From NCBI GenBank assembly GCA_009103225.1, contig RHPI01000918.1:1-5591 (forward strand): DNA of 5,591 nt, given 5' to 3'. The notes beneath the pieces were generated by a model that was not told where the DNA came from, made no database searches, and was given only the letters and a program-made list of their open reading frames with translations. The DNA comes from Chlorokybus atmophyticus. Its lineage: Eukaryota; Plantae; Mesostigma and Chlorokybus algae. Shown here in pieces: positions 5,319-5,591 of the stretch. The position numbers and the translations under genes are program-made. Position 1 is the stretch's first letter, and every line of letters starts with the position of its first letter.

Positions 5319-5591
5319 ATGAAGGGCAAGGCAGACGCTAGTGCATACTGGCAGTCTGGTGCAGAGCAGCCTTGGCGCTGCAAATATTGTCAAGTCTTGT
5401 TGCAGAGGTCCGTTGTCAGCNTCAAGTCTTGTTGCAGAGGTCCGTTGTCAGCAAGGTCAAGCAGCACATTGGCTCCCTCACCTGCACCAAGATTCGTGTG
5501 GGCCCCGAACAGTTTGAGAAACTGCCAGGAGCAACGCCTAAGGAGAAGCTCCCTCACGGCTCCGAGTTGCAGCAGCTCACCGACCAAGTTG
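5319..5591 (+). CDS. 5' part of a gene for a BED-type zinc finger protein (possibly a transposase), interrupted by a probable assembly duplication
   Basis: Removing 5421-5452 gives MKGKADASAYWQSGAEQPWRCKYCQVLLQRSVVSKVKQHIGSLTCTKIRVGPEQFEKLPGATPKEKLPHGSELQQLTDQV, open to the window end. The pattern is W..W-x-C-x2-C-x14-H-x5-C. ATG 5319 is the first Met after the in-frame TAG at 5220. Confidence 0.7.
   Translation, partial: MKGKADASAYWQSGAEQPWRCKYCQVLLQRSVVSXKSCCRGPLSARSSSTLAPSPAPRFVWAPNSLRNCQEQRLRRSSLTAPSCSSSPTKL
5390..5452. other. Exact 31-bp duplication flanking a single N (probable assembly artefact)
   Basis: TCAAGTCTTGTTGCAGAGGTCCGTTGTCAGC occurs at 5390-5420 and 5422-5452, separated by the N at 5421. 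Confidence 0.9.

Noticed and set aside
5390-5587. Minus-strand 65-aa ORF in the track
   Set aside because: Antisense to the BED-finger frame; its stop arises from the artefactual duplication.

Overview
Eukaryotic, GC-rich nuclear DNA, probably from a chlorophyte green alga: short GT...tgcAG introns, a TGTAA poly(A) signal after a stop codon, and TTAGGG repeats. No taxonomic proof is available from the sequence alone. (1) At 1-~1710 (minus strand) is a decayed LTR-retrotransposon-like gag-pol region. Its order is gag-like helical region, Pro/RGG linker, retropepsin protease (LDTGA...FLLGQDF), linker, then, in the same frame, the start of a DNMT3-like C5 cytosine methyltransferase (ITVLELFGGIGSG...YYYCDSDPRA) that runs off the left edge. 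Two in-frame TAG stops interrupt the frame, so the ORF track never shows the methyltransferase. (2) At 1675-2167, upstream of gag, is a CpG-rich palindromic 26-bp tandem array. (3) At 2516-4920 (minus strand) is a five-exon gene for an unrecognised protein with an N-terminal SAM domain. (4) A TTAGGG (telo-box/G-quadruplex) tract lies at 5158-5185. (5) From 5319 on the plus strand is a divergent gene starting with a BED-type zinc finger, hidden by a 31-bp duplication around an N that is probably an assembly artefact. The main finding is the retrotransposon protease-DNA methyltransferase polyprotein.
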